A program made the position numbers and the translations under genes. From Clostridia bacterium (GTDB lineage: Bacteria; Bacillota; Clostridia; Oscillospirales; CAG-272), in NCBI GenBank assembly GCA_017456545.1, contig JAFTJE010000015.1, positions 64,562 to 128,561 of the forward strand: DNA of 64,000 bases, in the 5' to 3' direction. Positions within the stretch are counted from its first letter, which is position 1; each line of letters opens with the position of its first letter. Under the pieces are notes generated by a model, which saw nothing but the letters and a program-made list of their open reading frames with translations, searched no databases and was not told the origin of the DNA. Positions 9,550-18,739 of this stretch are shown one piece after another.

Positions 9550-9766
9550 TAGAAAAGCTATGAAGGAAAAATAGCCGCTTCACGCTTACGGAAAGAGATT
9601 GGTGCTATCAGCTGAGAGGTGCCATCCGTATTCTGCGGTGTTCCGTTCCTGAGCTGCCCGTGAGAGCTGTGGCCGTTTGACCCCGTTATAGGTCGTGAGA
9701 AAAACTTAAGGTGGTACCGTGTAAATTTTGCACCCTTTTTTTGTAAGGGGTGTTTTTTTATTTTTT
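9550..9766 (+). promoter_or_regulatory. T-box riboswitch leader (Ser-specific) with intrinsic terminator
   Basis: AGAGA bulge motif at 9593-9597. Stem ACGGA...TCCGT is followed by candidate specifier UCU (9632-9634) plus a purine. Conserved T-box sequence AAGGTGGTACCGTG at 9708-9721. Terminator hairpin CACCC/GGGGTG at 9731-9752, then a T-run. Confidence 0.85.
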
Positions 9767-9776
9767 GGAGGAAAAT

Positions 9777-11060
9777 ATGATTGATTTGAAATTTTTAAGA
9801 GACAACCCTGAAATTGTAAAGCAGAATATCAGAAATAAATTTCAGGATGCTAAGCTTCCCCTGGTTGATGAGGTTATAGAGCTTGATGAGACCTACCGTA
9901 AATTCAAGCAGGAGGCTGACAGCCTGAGAGCAGGCAGAAATAAGCTCTCAAAGCAGATAGGTGCCCTTATGGGTCAGGGAAAGAGAGAAGAGGCAGAGGC
10001 TGTTAAAAAGCAGGTTTCCGATAACGCTAAGCGTCTTGCAGAGCTTGAAAAGCTTGAGGAGGAGTACCTCGAAAAGATTAAGCTTATTATGATGAAGATA
10101 CCTAATATTATCGACCCCTCTGTTCCTATCGGAAGGGATGACAGCGAGAATGTGGAGGTTCAGCGTTACGGTGAGCCTGTGGTTCCCGAGTTTGAAATTC
10201 CTTACCACACAGAAATTATGGAAAAATTTGAGGGTATTGACCTTGACAGTGCAAGAAAGGTTGCCGGCAACGGATTTTATTACCTTATGGGAGATATTGC
10301 AAGACTCCATTCCGCAATTATTTCCTATGCCCGTGATTTTATGATTGGAAGAGGCTTTACCTACTGCATTCCTCCCTTTATGATAAGAAGTGAGGTTGTA
10401 ACGGGTGTAATGAGCTTTGCTGAAATGGAAGCTATGATGTATAAGATAGAGGGAGAGGACCTCTTCCTTATCGGTACAAGCGAGCATTCTATGATAGGTA
10501 AGTTTATCGATACCATTATTCCCGAGGATAAGCTTCCTCAGACTCTTACCTCATATTCCCCCTGCTTCCGTAAGGAAAAGGGTGCCCACGGCATTGAGGA
10601 AAGAGGTGTATACAGAATACACCAGTTTGAAAAGCAGGAAATGATAGTTGTATGTAAGCCTGAGGACAGCCCAATGTGGTTTGATAAGCTCTGGCAGAAT
10701 ACAGTTGATCTTTTCCGTACCATGGATATTCCTGTAAGAACACTTGAGTGCTGCTCGGGAGACCTTGCTGACCTTAAGGTAAAGAGTATAGATGTTGAGG
10801 CATGGTCACCCAGACAGAAGAAATATTTTGAGGTTGGTTCCTGCTCAAATCTCGGTGATGCACAGGCACGCAGACTTAAGATAAGAGTAAATGCAAAGGA
10901 CGGAAAGTATTTTGCACATACTCTTAACAATACCGTTGTTGCACCTCCCAGAATGCTTATTGCATTCCTTGAAAATAATCTTAATGCAGACGGCAGCGTA
11001 AACATTCCCGTGGCACTCCAGCCTTATATGGGTGGAATGACAAAGATACTTGTTAAATAA
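9777..11060 (+). CDS. serS: serine--tRNA ligase
   Basis: ORF 9750-11060 trimmed to ATG 9777 (MIDLKFLRDNPE), which follows a GGAGG RBS and the T-box terminator. Has the N-terminal coiled coil and a class II core. Confidence 0.93.
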   Translation: MIDLKFLRDNPEIVKQNIRNKFQDAKLPLVDEVIELDETYRKFKQEADSLRAGRNKLSKQIGALMGQGKREEAEAVKKQVSDNAKRLAELEKLEEEYLEKIKLIMMKIPNIIDPSVPIGRDDSENVEVQRYGEPVVPEFEIPYHTEIMEKFEGIDLDSARKVAGNGFYYLMGDIARLHSAIISYARDFMIGRGFTYCIPPFMIRSEVVTGVMSFAEMEAMMYKIEGEDLFLIGTSEHSMIGKFIDTIIPEDKLPQTLTSYSPCFRKEKGAHGIEERGVYRIHQFEKQEMIVVCKPEDSPMWFDKLWQNTVDLFRTMDIPVRTLECCSGDLADLKVKSIDVEAWSPRQKKYFEVGSCSNLGDAQARRLKIRVNAKDGKYFAHTLNNTVVAPPRMLIAFLENNLNADGSVNIPVALQPYMGGMTKILVK

Positions 11061-11076
11061 TTAAAGGTAATAAGCT

Positions 11077-11631
11077 ATGAAATATTACAATATGAAAATT
11101 GCAGGCCTTGACAGAGCCCTTCCACTCTGCAAGGTTACTGACGACCTTTACATAGGTGCTTTCGTTATTTTCGGAGACCCGGAGCTTACAACGGCATGTG
11201 CCAAGGAGCTCCTTGCCCGTGCCCCTGAGTTTGATTATATGATTACAGCTGAGGCTAAGGGTATTCCTCTCATTCACGAGATGGCTCGTTTGAACGGCAA
11301 TCAGAGATACATTCTTGCAAGAAAGGGTCCTAAGCTCTATATGTCAAATATTGTATCGGTTACTGTTCATTCCATTACTACAGCCAAGGAGCAGAAGCTC
11401 TATCTTGACGGTGAGGACGCAAAGAGGATGAAGGGTAAGCGTATCCTTATTGTTGACGATGTGATTTCTACAGGAGAATCCCTCCGTGCAATAGAAGAGC
11501 TTATTCATTCTGCAGGAGGAAATATCGTTGGCAGAATGACTATTCTTGCTGAGGGTGAGGCTACCGAAAGAGAAGATATAATCTACCTTGAAAAATTACC
11601 CCTGTTCAACCCCGACGGATCGGTAAAATAA
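11077..11631 (+). CDS. type I phosphoribosyltransferase family protein (Apt/Xpt-like, substrate unknown)
   Basis: 184 aa. PRPP-binding loop ILIVDDVISTGES. Lies 16 nt after serS with no terminator. The start could instead be ATG 11092. Confidence 0.65.
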   Translation: MKYYNMKIAGLDRALPLCKVTDDLYIGAFVIFGDPELTTACAKELLARAPEFDYMITAEAKGIPLIHEMARLNGNQRYILARKGPKLYMSNIVSVTVHSITTAKEQKLYLDGEDAKRMKGKRILIVDDVISTGESLRAIEELIHSAGGNIVGRMTILAEGEATEREDIIYLEKLPLFNPDGSVK

Positions 11632-11671
11632 GGTGTGTATTGAACATACGCCCCACCAAAAGGAGGAGCAT

Positions 11672-12982
11672 ATGCTCTTAAATAAAGTTAATTACGATAA
11701 AAAAATCAAATACCACAATATGCAAAAGGAGCCTAAAAAGCAGCTTTTGATATTCAAATGGATTACTAAAATATTCAGTGATATTTCAATTAAAAAAAGA
11801 CTCAGATTGGAAAAGATAAATATGGAGGGAGTAAAGGCTCCGTACTTCATCATTTCCAATCATATGGGCTTTGTGGATCTTGAGGTGAATGCCCTTGCCA
11901 CTTATCCTGCAAGGGTCAGCCACATTGCTACATTAGAGGGACACTACAGGCGTTCACTTCTTATGGAGCTTGACGGCTGTATAGGTAAGCGTAAGTTTAC
12001 AACGGACCCTCATCTTATAACAGCATGTGAAAAGATATTAAATAAGTTTGGCTCTGTACTTACGATGTACCCCGAGGCAAGATATTCTCCTATTGGAACT
12101 ACGGCGATATTACCTGACTCCCTCGGTCAGTTGATAAAAAGGCTAAAGCATGATGTGGTAGTTCTTGTTCACCACGGCAACTACCTCTTTTCACCCTTCT
12201 GGGACTGGAGGAGAAAGAGAGATGTTCCTCTTTATACAACTATGACAAGAGTTCTTACAAAGGCCGATATAGAGGAGAAAACACCTGAGGAAATCCAAAA
12301 AACAGTAACTGACGCCCTGCAGTACGACGAATATAAATACCAGAAGGATAACGGCATAAGAATAACCGAGCCGTACAGAGCAGAGGGCCTCCACAAGGTT
12401 CTTTATCAGTGTCCCATATGTAATACAGAATACGAAATGTATACAGAGGGTGCAATTTTAGGATGCTCTCACTGCGGTCACAAGTGGGAGCTTACAGAGC
12501 TTGGAGAGCTTCGGGCGTTGGATGGAGAGACAGTATTTTCTCATCCTCCCACATGGTATGAGTGGCAGAGGGCAAATGTTCGTAAGGAAATTGAGGAGGG
12601 TAGATATTCCTTTAATGATGAGGTAGATGTATACTCTCTTCCCAACACTAAGAATTTTATAGAGCTTGGTAAGGCAAGGCTTACCCATTCTATGGAAACA
12701 GGCTTTGTAATAGAGGGGCACTATAACGGTGAGGATTATAAAATCTCCCGACCCGTGGCCGGAATGTACGGTGTTCACATAGAGTATGATTACTGTTATA
12801 TCCGTTCCGAGGAATGTATACAGATATCAACAATGGACGATACCTTTATTTGCTATCCCTCCGAGAAAAATCGGGTAACTAAGCTTTCCATAGCCACCGA
12901 GGAGCTTTATAAGGTAAAGCAGGAGGAGAAGAAAGCTAAGCGTGAGGCAAGGTTAGCTAAAAAAGCGGAAAAACAAGAATAA
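11672..12982 (+). CDS. PlsC-family lysophospholipid acyltransferase-like protein with internal zinc ribbon
   Basis: HX4D motif NHMGFVD. CPICN...CSHCGH four-Cys ribbon. Lys-rich C-terminal tail. Start set at ATG 11672, after a GGAGG RBS. Confidence 0.65.
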   Translation: MLLNKVNYDKKIKYHNMQKEPKKQLLIFKWITKIFSDISIKKRLRLEKINMEGVKAPYFIISNHMGFVDLEVNALATYPARVSHIATLEGHYRRSLLMELDGCIGKRKFTTDPHLITACEKILNKFGSVLTMYPEARYSPIGTTAILPDSLGQLIKRLKHDVVVLVHHGNYLFSPFWDWRRKRDVPLYTTMTRVLTKADIEEKTPEEIQKTVTDALQYDEYKYQKDNGIRITEPYRAEGLHKVLYQCPICNTEYEMYTEGAILGCSHCGHKWELTELGELRALDGETVFSHPPTWYEWQRANVRKEIEEGRYSFNDEVDVYSLPNTKNFIELGKARLTHSMETGFVIEGHYNGEDYKISRPVAGMYGVHIEYDYCYIRSEECIQISTMDDTFICYPSEKNRVTKLSIATEELYKVKQEEKKAKREARLAKKAEKQE

Positions 12983-12987
12983 AAGCA

Positions 12988-13026
12988 AACGGATGTCATA
13001 AAAATTGACATCCGTTCATCTTTTTT
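12988..13026. terminator. bidirectional rho-independent terminator
   Basis: 11-bp stem AACGGATGTCA/TGACATCCGTT with loop TAAAAAT, followed by a T6 run. Lies between convergent genes. Confidence 0.8.
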
Positions 13027-13040
13027 GCGTACTTTTTTAC

Positions 13041-14411
13041 TTATTTTGCGTCAATATGCTTCATTGTTTTCTCAACAAACTCATCAAGCTTAACTCTCGG
13101 ATATTTGCAAAGGGAGGTGGAAAGTGTACCGTTAAAGCCCTCGTACCATTCCTTGCTCATAGCGTCAATTCCGTTCATTATGCCACACATAGAGCCAACC
13201 GTTGCACCGTTACAGTCGGTATCAAAGCCGTTCTGTACAGCAATACAAACGCTTTTTGCAAAATCACCCTTACCGTAAAGAAGGGATGCTGCACAAATTT
13301 CTGCATTGGATATTGTATGGCACCAGTGGTGACTGTTCCTGTCATCCCATCTTGTATGGAAATCGGCAAACCACTCCTCCTCTGTAACTCCGTTATCATA
13401 GCTCTCCACAACCTTGGAAAGAGCCTCGTAGAGACGGGATGTAGCCGGAATTTCCTCCATACCGTAAAGAATAGCAAGACGGGGGTCACTGCATACGGCT
13501 GATGCTGCAATGGTAGCTGATGCCCACATTTCTCCGTAAATACCGTTCTTAATGTGGGATATACAAGCGTCGTTAAATGCCATCTCAGCTGCCTTTTCTG
13601 TGTCGCCGGGGTTACAGTAGCCAAAATAGTCACCTCTAATCTGTGCACCTATCCATTCTCTGTATGGGTTTTTATAAACTGCAGAGTATGGTGGATTATA
13701 GCCTCTTATAAAGTTGGAGTAGGCAACTCTTTCGGCAGTGCAATATGCCTCCTTTGGCTGTAGCTTAAGCCAAGTGTCTGCCATAAGCATAGGGGTAAAA
13801 TCTCTGCCAAACCAATCTGTAACAAGGCAGTTCATAACCACATAGTTGGTATCATCATCATCGGGAGCATATTCAAGATTATCAATATACCAATGCACCT
13901 TGCCCTTGTTTAAGAGGTCAAAGCCTGCTTTTTTGCAAAGCTCGGGAGTAAGCTCGCCATATTTTATGTATCTTGACATAGGATAGTTATCCGTAGCCTT
14001 CAAAAAGGCTGTGAGCCCGTCAAATCTTATACCTTCAATAGGCTTACCGAGAAGGCATCCTGCAATTCTTCCGTACCATGCACCCTCAATCTTCTTTTTG
14101 TCAATTTTTTGGAATTTCAGAGGGGGGAGTGTCTTTTTTCTCAATGCTTTAATGCCATCAAGATCGGAGGGCTCATTGTATTTATAGCCTTCCACAGTGT
14201 TCGCATTATATATAAGCTCGAAAAGACCGTCTGCCAATTTTGCCTTAGCCTCAGAATCGGGGAGCTTGGATACCTCCTTGAAAAGGCTCTCATAGGAGGA
14301 AATATCAAGTCCCTCCTCACAGGATTGCTGATATTCTGTCATAAGCTCAGAGGCATAGTTACCCCACCAGCCTACGAGAGTGTTCTTAAAATCCACAGGA
14401 ATGTTTTTCAT
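13041..14411 (-). CDS. ADP-ribosylglycohydrolase family protein (long form with about 110-aa N-terminal extension)
   Basis: 456 aa. Motifs GCLLGKPIEG, DDDTNY and GFDTDCNGATVGSMCG are typical of the ARH/DraG fold. Confidence 0.75.
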   Translation of the reverse strand: MKNIPVDFKNTLVGWWGNYASELMTEYQQSCEEGLDISSYESLFKEVSKLPDSEAKAKLADGLFELIYNANTVEGYKYNEPSDLDGIKALRKKTLPPLKFQKIDKKKIEGAWYGRIAGCLLGKPIEGIRFDGLTAFLKATDNYPMSRYIKYGELTPELCKKAGFDLLNKGKVHWYIDNLEYAPDDDDTNYVVMNCLVTDWFGRDFTPMLMADTWLKLQPKEAYCTAERVAYSNFIRGYNPPYSAVYKNPYREWIGAQIRGDYFGYCNPGDTEKAAEMAFNDACISHIKNGIYGEMWASATIAASAVCSDPRLAILYGMEEIPATSRLYEALSKVVESYDNGVTEEEWFADFHTRWDDRNSHHWCHTISNAEICAASLLYGKGDFAKSVCIAVQNGFDTDCNGATVGSMCGIMNGIDAMSKEWYEGFNGTLSTSLCKYPRVKLDEFVEKTMKHIDAK

Positions 14412-14421
14412 TTTAATCTCC

Positions 14422-15705
14422 TTATTTCAATAGTTTATCGGCAAGACGCTTTGTTCTGCCCTGCATAATTTCAAGCAGCCTTACAGCATCCTTATCGCCT
14501 CTTATATATTCCTTCATAAGCCTACCCTCCTCGAAGCACATTTCATCATGCATAGGGAAGTAGTTTTTGATTAGGAATCTTGCGTATTTAACAAGACGGA
14601 AGGGACCGTATACTCTCGGCTCCTCATTAGGTCTTGTTTCCACAGCAACGGAGTACAACTCCTTTATAGCAGAGCAAATAGAGGAATATTCAAGCTCCTT
14701 TGCAAAAACAATGGACTTGGAATTATTAAAGAACAGAGCCGGGTCCGTTCCGTGACAGTCGCTTGAGCCTACTATAGCAATTTTTCTGCCCTTTGCCCTT
14801 TGGTCGTTGTAGAAGGCTGTCTGTAAATTTGTCTCGTGGGGAGATACTCCGCTTACTATTTCCATAGCATCGTAATGCTCCCTTTCAAGAAGAAAATCTA
14901 CCATCTTTGGACGCATATGCAATTCGTCCTTATTTATCCAGAAGGGATGGGCAATTATGGCAAATCCGTCACGCTTGTGTATCTCATCGGCTATCCACTT
15001 CCTGTATGCATATTCAAGTCTGTTTATTCCATTTGGTACATCAAGTGTCTCGGAAAGCCTTTTTATTTCCTCGTGACGGGCATCGGGATCAGCATTGTAA
15101 TGCTCATTTACACTGGACTTGCCACCAAAGTTTACTGTATGGATGTAGTAGCCCTTTAGGTGTATTTCCTCACCTGTAAATATTTTGAAGTCAATAGGCA
15201 GGTCCTTATAGTAATTTATAAGGTCTACCGATGGCTGGAATTTATGATGGTCCGTAAGGGCAAAGAAGTCAAATCCGTTCTTACGGTAATTAGCCGCAAC
15301 TATAGGACCCTCCTCATTTCCGTCAGAAGCGTTTGAGTGGGCGTGTAGGTCACCTTTATAGGGAGTCCTTTCATACAGGTCATCAAAAACAGAGAAGACA
15401 GAGTATTTCCTTATGGATGTAGGATAAATTTCGGGAGCTAAAAGCAGTGCCCATTCCTGCTCCTCATCAAAGGTGTATGTAAAGGTAATAACTCCATTTT
15501 CGGGCTTGACCTTTACAGTATCAGTAATTCTTTCATTTTCTATATAAGTCTGCTCGGAGCATTCTGTAGGAACAATACCTATATTGTATACCCATTCGTC
15601 GTTGAATTTTGCAATCTCCCCCACAGGAACAATGCTTACAGCCTGTGGACATCCACAGCGTACGACTCTTGGATAAACCTCGTGATTTGACAAACCGATA
15701 GCCAT
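14422..15705 (-). CDS. PHP-domain metallophosphoesterase (CehA/McbA-like) with N-terminal beta-rich domain
   Basis: 427 aa. GDLHAHSNASDG and ALTDHH metal-binding motifs. AGGAGG RBS. Ends 10 nt upstream of the ARH gene. Confidence 0.7.
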   Translation of the reverse strand: MAIGLSNHEVYPRVVRCGCPQAVSIVPVGEIAKFNDEWVYNIGIVPTECSEQTYIENERITDTVKVKPENGVITFTYTFDEEQEWALLLAPEIYPTSIRKYSVFSVFDDLYERTPYKGDLHAHSNASDGNEEGPIVAANYRKNGFDFFALTDHHKFQPSVDLINYYKDLPIDFKIFTGEEIHLKGYYIHTVNFGGKSSVNEHYNADPDARHEEIKRLSETLDVPNGINRLEYAYRKWIADEIHKRDGFAIIAHPFWINKDELHMRPKMVDFLLEREHYDAMEIVSGVSPHETNLQTAFYNDQRAKGRKIAIVGSSDCHGTDPALFFNNSKSIVFAKELEYSSICSAIKELYSVAVETRPNEEPRVYGPFRLVKYARFLIKNYFPMHDEMCFEEGRLMKEYIRGDKDAVRLLEIMQGRTKRLADKLLK

Positions 15706-15828
15706 AATATACCTCCTTATGTGTATATTAACATTTTAACATCTTTTTTCATAGGAGTCAATAACTATGGAAAAAAGTCTTCAACCCGTAGTTTATTTTT
15801 CAAATAAAAGATTGGGTGTAATAGGTTA

Positions 15829-15857
15829 TTGCTATTTTTGAACACCAATGCTACAAT
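15829..15857 (+). promoter_or_regulatory. sigma-A type promoter of the XRE regulator gene
   Basis: TTGCTA, 17-nt spacer, TGc-TACAAT. Confidence 0.5.
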
Positions 15858-15895
15858 ATAGATAGAAGTACTTCAAAACATCAAAGGAGGTTAAC

Positions 15896-16429
15896 ATGGC
15901 TTTTGATACAAAAGAAATAGGTAACCATATCGCAAGGCTAAGGAAAAGCAAGGGTCTTACCCAGAATGAATTAGGAGAACGCTTGTATGTATCCTTTCAG
16001 GCAGTTTCAAAATGGGAGAGGGGAGAGAGTATGCCTGATATTTCTCTTCTTACAGACCTTGCTGCGGTATTGGAAACTACAACAGACAATATTTTAAGTG
16101 GAGGTAAAAAAATGACATCGTATTCAAAAAAAATTACAGTCAAGGATGCCAAGGAAGCAATAGATTGCTTCAGTAAAGTAGGCAAGCTTCTTGGCAAGGA
16201 TAACGCATTTTATATAGGTGCTATAGAAGGTATAAATAATAAGATGAACATTGAGTTTGAGGAATATATTAATGATAATTATACTTATGAGGCATTAGTA
16301 GCAGAGGCTATCATTCAATGTATAAATTGCGGTGCGTATGTTGATATATCGGATGTTAATCGTGAATTTAATAATGAACGCTGGGCAGAGATAATAAAAA
16401 AATACGCTGAAAAATCTGGTATAAAGTAA
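15896..16429 (+). CDS. XRE-family HTH transcriptional regulator
   Basis: 177 aa. N-terminal HTH (IARLRKSKGLTQNELGERLYVSFQAVSKWERGESMPD). Divergent from the PHP/ARH operon. Confidence 0.8.
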   Translation: MAFDTKEIGNHIARLRKSKGLTQNELGERLYVSFQAVSKWERGESMPDISLLTDLAAVLETTTDNILSGGKKMTSYSKKITVKDAKEAIDCFSKVGKLLGKDNAFYIGAIEGINNKMNIEFEEYINDNYTYEALVAEAIIQCINCGAYVDISDVNREFNNERWAEIIKKYAEKSGIK

Positions 16430-16432
16430 ACA

Positions 16433-16472
16433 AAAGATGCTACGCTTCTTCAAGAGGCGTAGCATCTTTCAA
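16433..16472. terminator. hairpin terminator between convergent genes
   Basis: 10-bp stem GATGCTACGC/GCGTAGCATC. The T-run is good on the minus strand and weaker on the plus strand. Confidence 0.65.
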
Positions 16473-16491
16473 TATATAAACCTAATATACT

Positions 16492-17313
16492 TTACAAATT
16501 CTCATCCGTATCGTTTGCATCGTAAATAGTGGGCTTGTAGAAAAGCTGAGGATTTTTCTCAAAGCGTATTCTTGCAATTACCTTCTTAGTTGTGCTGAAA
16601 ATACAAAGAATATCAACTCCAACAAGAATACAAAGAAAAATAATAGTTCCTGTAGGAGTTCTCCTGCCGAATACAGCTTCCTCATCGTCTATAACTATCT
16701 TTACGGAGATGCCTGTTTTGTCTGTAAACTCGGCAAGAGTATCATTAAAGCTTGCCTCATCTATTACAAGAGAAGTCTTGTTTTCCACACTCGACTTTGC
16801 AAGATTGGAACGGTCACTGTCTGCCTTGAAGGGGGATTGCTGATCTAGAGATACTATTTTGTCTCCTGTGGCATCCATAATAGATTCAAGCTTAGTGCCT
16901 AATGTACTTACATAATCCTCATTGGGTACTATAGTGGTTGTTACGATTTTTCCGAATTCGGAGTCTGCATTTCCAAAAACAGCCGAGGTCTTTGCGTTGA
17001 TATTTGTGCCTACCTTTGTTACGCAGTAATATCTGCCCTCATCCTCACTTGTGAGAAAAACAATAAGCAGATTATCCTCTGTTGCACTGGATGTGCCAAA
17101 CGCCTCTGTATATTCTGTAGTACGGTAAAAATCAGCAACTTCATCCTTGTAATTTATTTCGCCACCCTTTTTGATAGTGTCGACAGTGGGGAATAAATAT
17201 ATGAAAAATATAATTGTTGCAAATACAGTCAGCATAAGTGGGAATAGAATTATGCCGAAAATATCCTTATAAAATTCTTTTTTAAGAGATATACTCCAAT
17301 CCTTTTTAGCCAT
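16492..17313 (-). CDS. hypothetical membrane protein (one TM helix near each terminus)
   Basis: 273 aa. Hydrophobic segments at about 20-42 and 225-245. I recognise no family. Confidence 0.5.
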   Translation of the reverse strand: MAKKDWSISLKKEFYKDIFGIILFPLMLTVFATIIFFIYLFPTVDTIKKGGEINYKDEVADFYRTTEYTEAFGTSSATEDNLLIVFLTSEDEGRYYCVTKVGTNINAKTSAVFGNADSEFGKIVTTTIVPNEDYVSTLGTKLESIMDATGDKIVSLDQQSPFKADSDRSNLAKSSVENKTSLVIDEASFNDTLAEFTDKTGISVKIVIDDEEAVFGRRTPTGTIIFLCILVGVDILCIFSTTKKVIARIRFEKNPQLFYKPTIYDANDTDENL

Positions 17314-17454
17314 TTATAAACCTCTCTTTCAAGTTAACGGATATATTATACAATGTTTTGGGCCTTTTGTCAATTACAAATAATAGCACCCTGCAAAATC
17401 CTGTACGCAGAGTGCTAAAATTTACAATTATGTAACTAATTTATCAAGCATAGC

Positions 17455-18288
17455 TTAAATCTCAAAAAATTTTGCTCTTTCAAGATCTGCTGTATTGGGG
17501 CTGTGGAGTGATATCATTCGCTTACCGTTCAGGTCGGTAAATATCATTCCGTGACCTCCACAGAAGTCGTACTGGCTGCCAAGGTGTGTCCACTTTCCCT
17601 TTATAGAATCGGATTCTGCAATCAGTACCACATACCTTCCGTGCAAAAAGCTTGACCACATCATACGGAGCTTTCCGTTTTCACGGTACATAAAGGGACC
17701 GTCGGTAATATATGCACCCGGTATACCCTCAAACTCTGTAACTCCCTTAGCCTCTGAAGCTGAGAAGAGCTTAAAGGGCTCCCCAACCCTGTGTGTAAGA
17801 TCTGGGGCAAGCTCTACTGCCCACATCTGTCCGTCCTTAACCTGTATCCACTCACGGGAGAACACCATATATGGCTTTCCATCCTCAATGTATAGTGTTC
17901 CGTCAAGGCAAACCCAATCCTCGGGAGTTCTTGCATCGGGAGACAGGGGGACAAATTCTCCGTCGGGCGTGTCGCAAACATAAATTTGTGTAGCACGGCA
18001 TTTGTCCTCTGCATTACAGCTACCGAAAAGATAATATCTTCCGTTGTATATATGTACCTCAGGTGCCCAGAAATCTCGGTCTGCCCAAAATCCGAGCTTT
18101 GTGCCATCAACTATTATTTTTCCCTCGTCAAAATTAATAAGGTCATAGGATTTGTAAACAGTAAATGTATTTCTTGCAGCTAAGGAGCCCTTTTCAAGGG
18201 CCGTTGTGCCATACATATAATAGCAGCCCTTTTCTTTATCGGTAAGTATAAATGGATCTCTTATTCTGATTTCATTGATATTAGGCAT
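17455..18288 (-). CDS. glycoside hydrolase family 43 protein
   Basis: IRIRDPFI, FWAPEV and DGPF motifs. Start set at ATG 18288 (MPNINE), after a GGAGG RBS. Confidence 0.8.
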   Translation of the reverse strand: MPNINEIRIRDPFILTDKEKGCYYMYGTTALEKGSLAARNTFTVYKSYDLINFDEGKIIVDGTKLGFWADRDFWAPEVHIYNGRYYLFGSCNAEDKCRATQIYVCDTPDGEFVPLSPDARTPEDWVCLDGTLYIEDGKPYMVFSREWIQVKDGQMWAVELAPDLTHRVGEPFKLFSASEAKGVTEFEGIPGAYITDGPFMYRENGKLRMMWSSFLHGRYVVLIAESDSIKGKWTHLGSQYDFCGGHGMIFTDLNGKRMISLHSPNTADLERAKFFEI

Positions 18289-18411
18289 ATAAACCTCCAA
18301 AAAGCATCATTTTATTAATTCTATCACACAGGCAAAATAAAAGCAATACAAGAGGTAAAAAAGGGTCAAAAAATATAATTGAAAATTTTTCAAAAAAATT
18401 GAAAATAGATA

Positions 18412-18440
18412 TTGACAACGGGAAATACTTATGCTATAAT
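18412..18440 (+). promoter_or_regulatory. sigma-A type promoter of tRNA-Gln
   Basis: TTGACA, 17-nt spacer, TGc-TATAAT. Ends 21 nt before the tRNA 5' end. Confidence 0.7.
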
Positions 18441-18461
18441 GTTGGAGCAAAAAGCAAATAT

Positions 18462-18535
18462 TGGGGATTTGTGTAATGGTAGCACAGCAGACTCTGACTC
18501 TGTATGTCTGGGTTCGAGCCCTAGATCCCCAGCCA
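18462..18535 (+). tRNA. tRNA-Gln (anticodon CUG)
   Basis: Manual cloverleaf: acceptor TGGGGAT/ATCCCCA (U1-A72), D arm GTGT-AATGGTA-GCAC, anticodon arm GCAGA-CTCTGAC-TCTGT, T arm CTGGG-TTCGAGC-CCTAG, discriminator G, encoded CCA. 74 nt. Confidence 0.9.
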
Positions 18536-18540
18536 AAAAA

Positions 18541-18570
18541 TCGACAAGCTTCGGCTTGTCGAATTTTTTA
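18541..18570 (+). terminator. rho-independent terminator after tRNA-Gln
   Basis: 9-bp stem TCGACAAGC/GCTTGTCGA with a TTCG loop, then ATTTTTT. Confidence 0.85.
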
Positions 18571-18687
18571 TCCATTGCTTCGCAATGATGATATACACGC
18601 CTCTTGGCGTGATAGGATGCTTCGTACCAATGAAGTTTCACTCTTCGCAAACTTCATACTTCCGTTTATCTATGCGTTGAAACACAG

Positions 18688-18716
18688 TTGATTTCCTATT
18701 GACACCATGCTATAAT
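18688..18716 (+). promoter_or_regulatory. candidate promoter for the small membrane protein gene
   Basis: TTGATT, 17-nt spacer, TGc-TATAAT. Confidence 0.5.
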
Positions 18717-18739
18717 AAATGTAGAAAGGCGGTGAGATT

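Noticed and set aside
9750-9776. 5'-extended ORF starts given in the six-frame track: 9750, 11633, 19797, 21320, 25695, 32546, 39558, 41666, 43849, 56415, 59333, 639, 18300, 37459 and 52500.
   Set aside because: In each case a downstream ATG has a properly spaced GGAGG-type RBS and matches the usual N-terminus of the family. The extension would run through a promoter, a terminator or the T-box leader.
18429-18691. ORFs of 73 and 76 aa overlapping the tRNA-Gln gene.
   Set aside because: They overlap a well-formed tRNA and its terminator, and they have no RBS.
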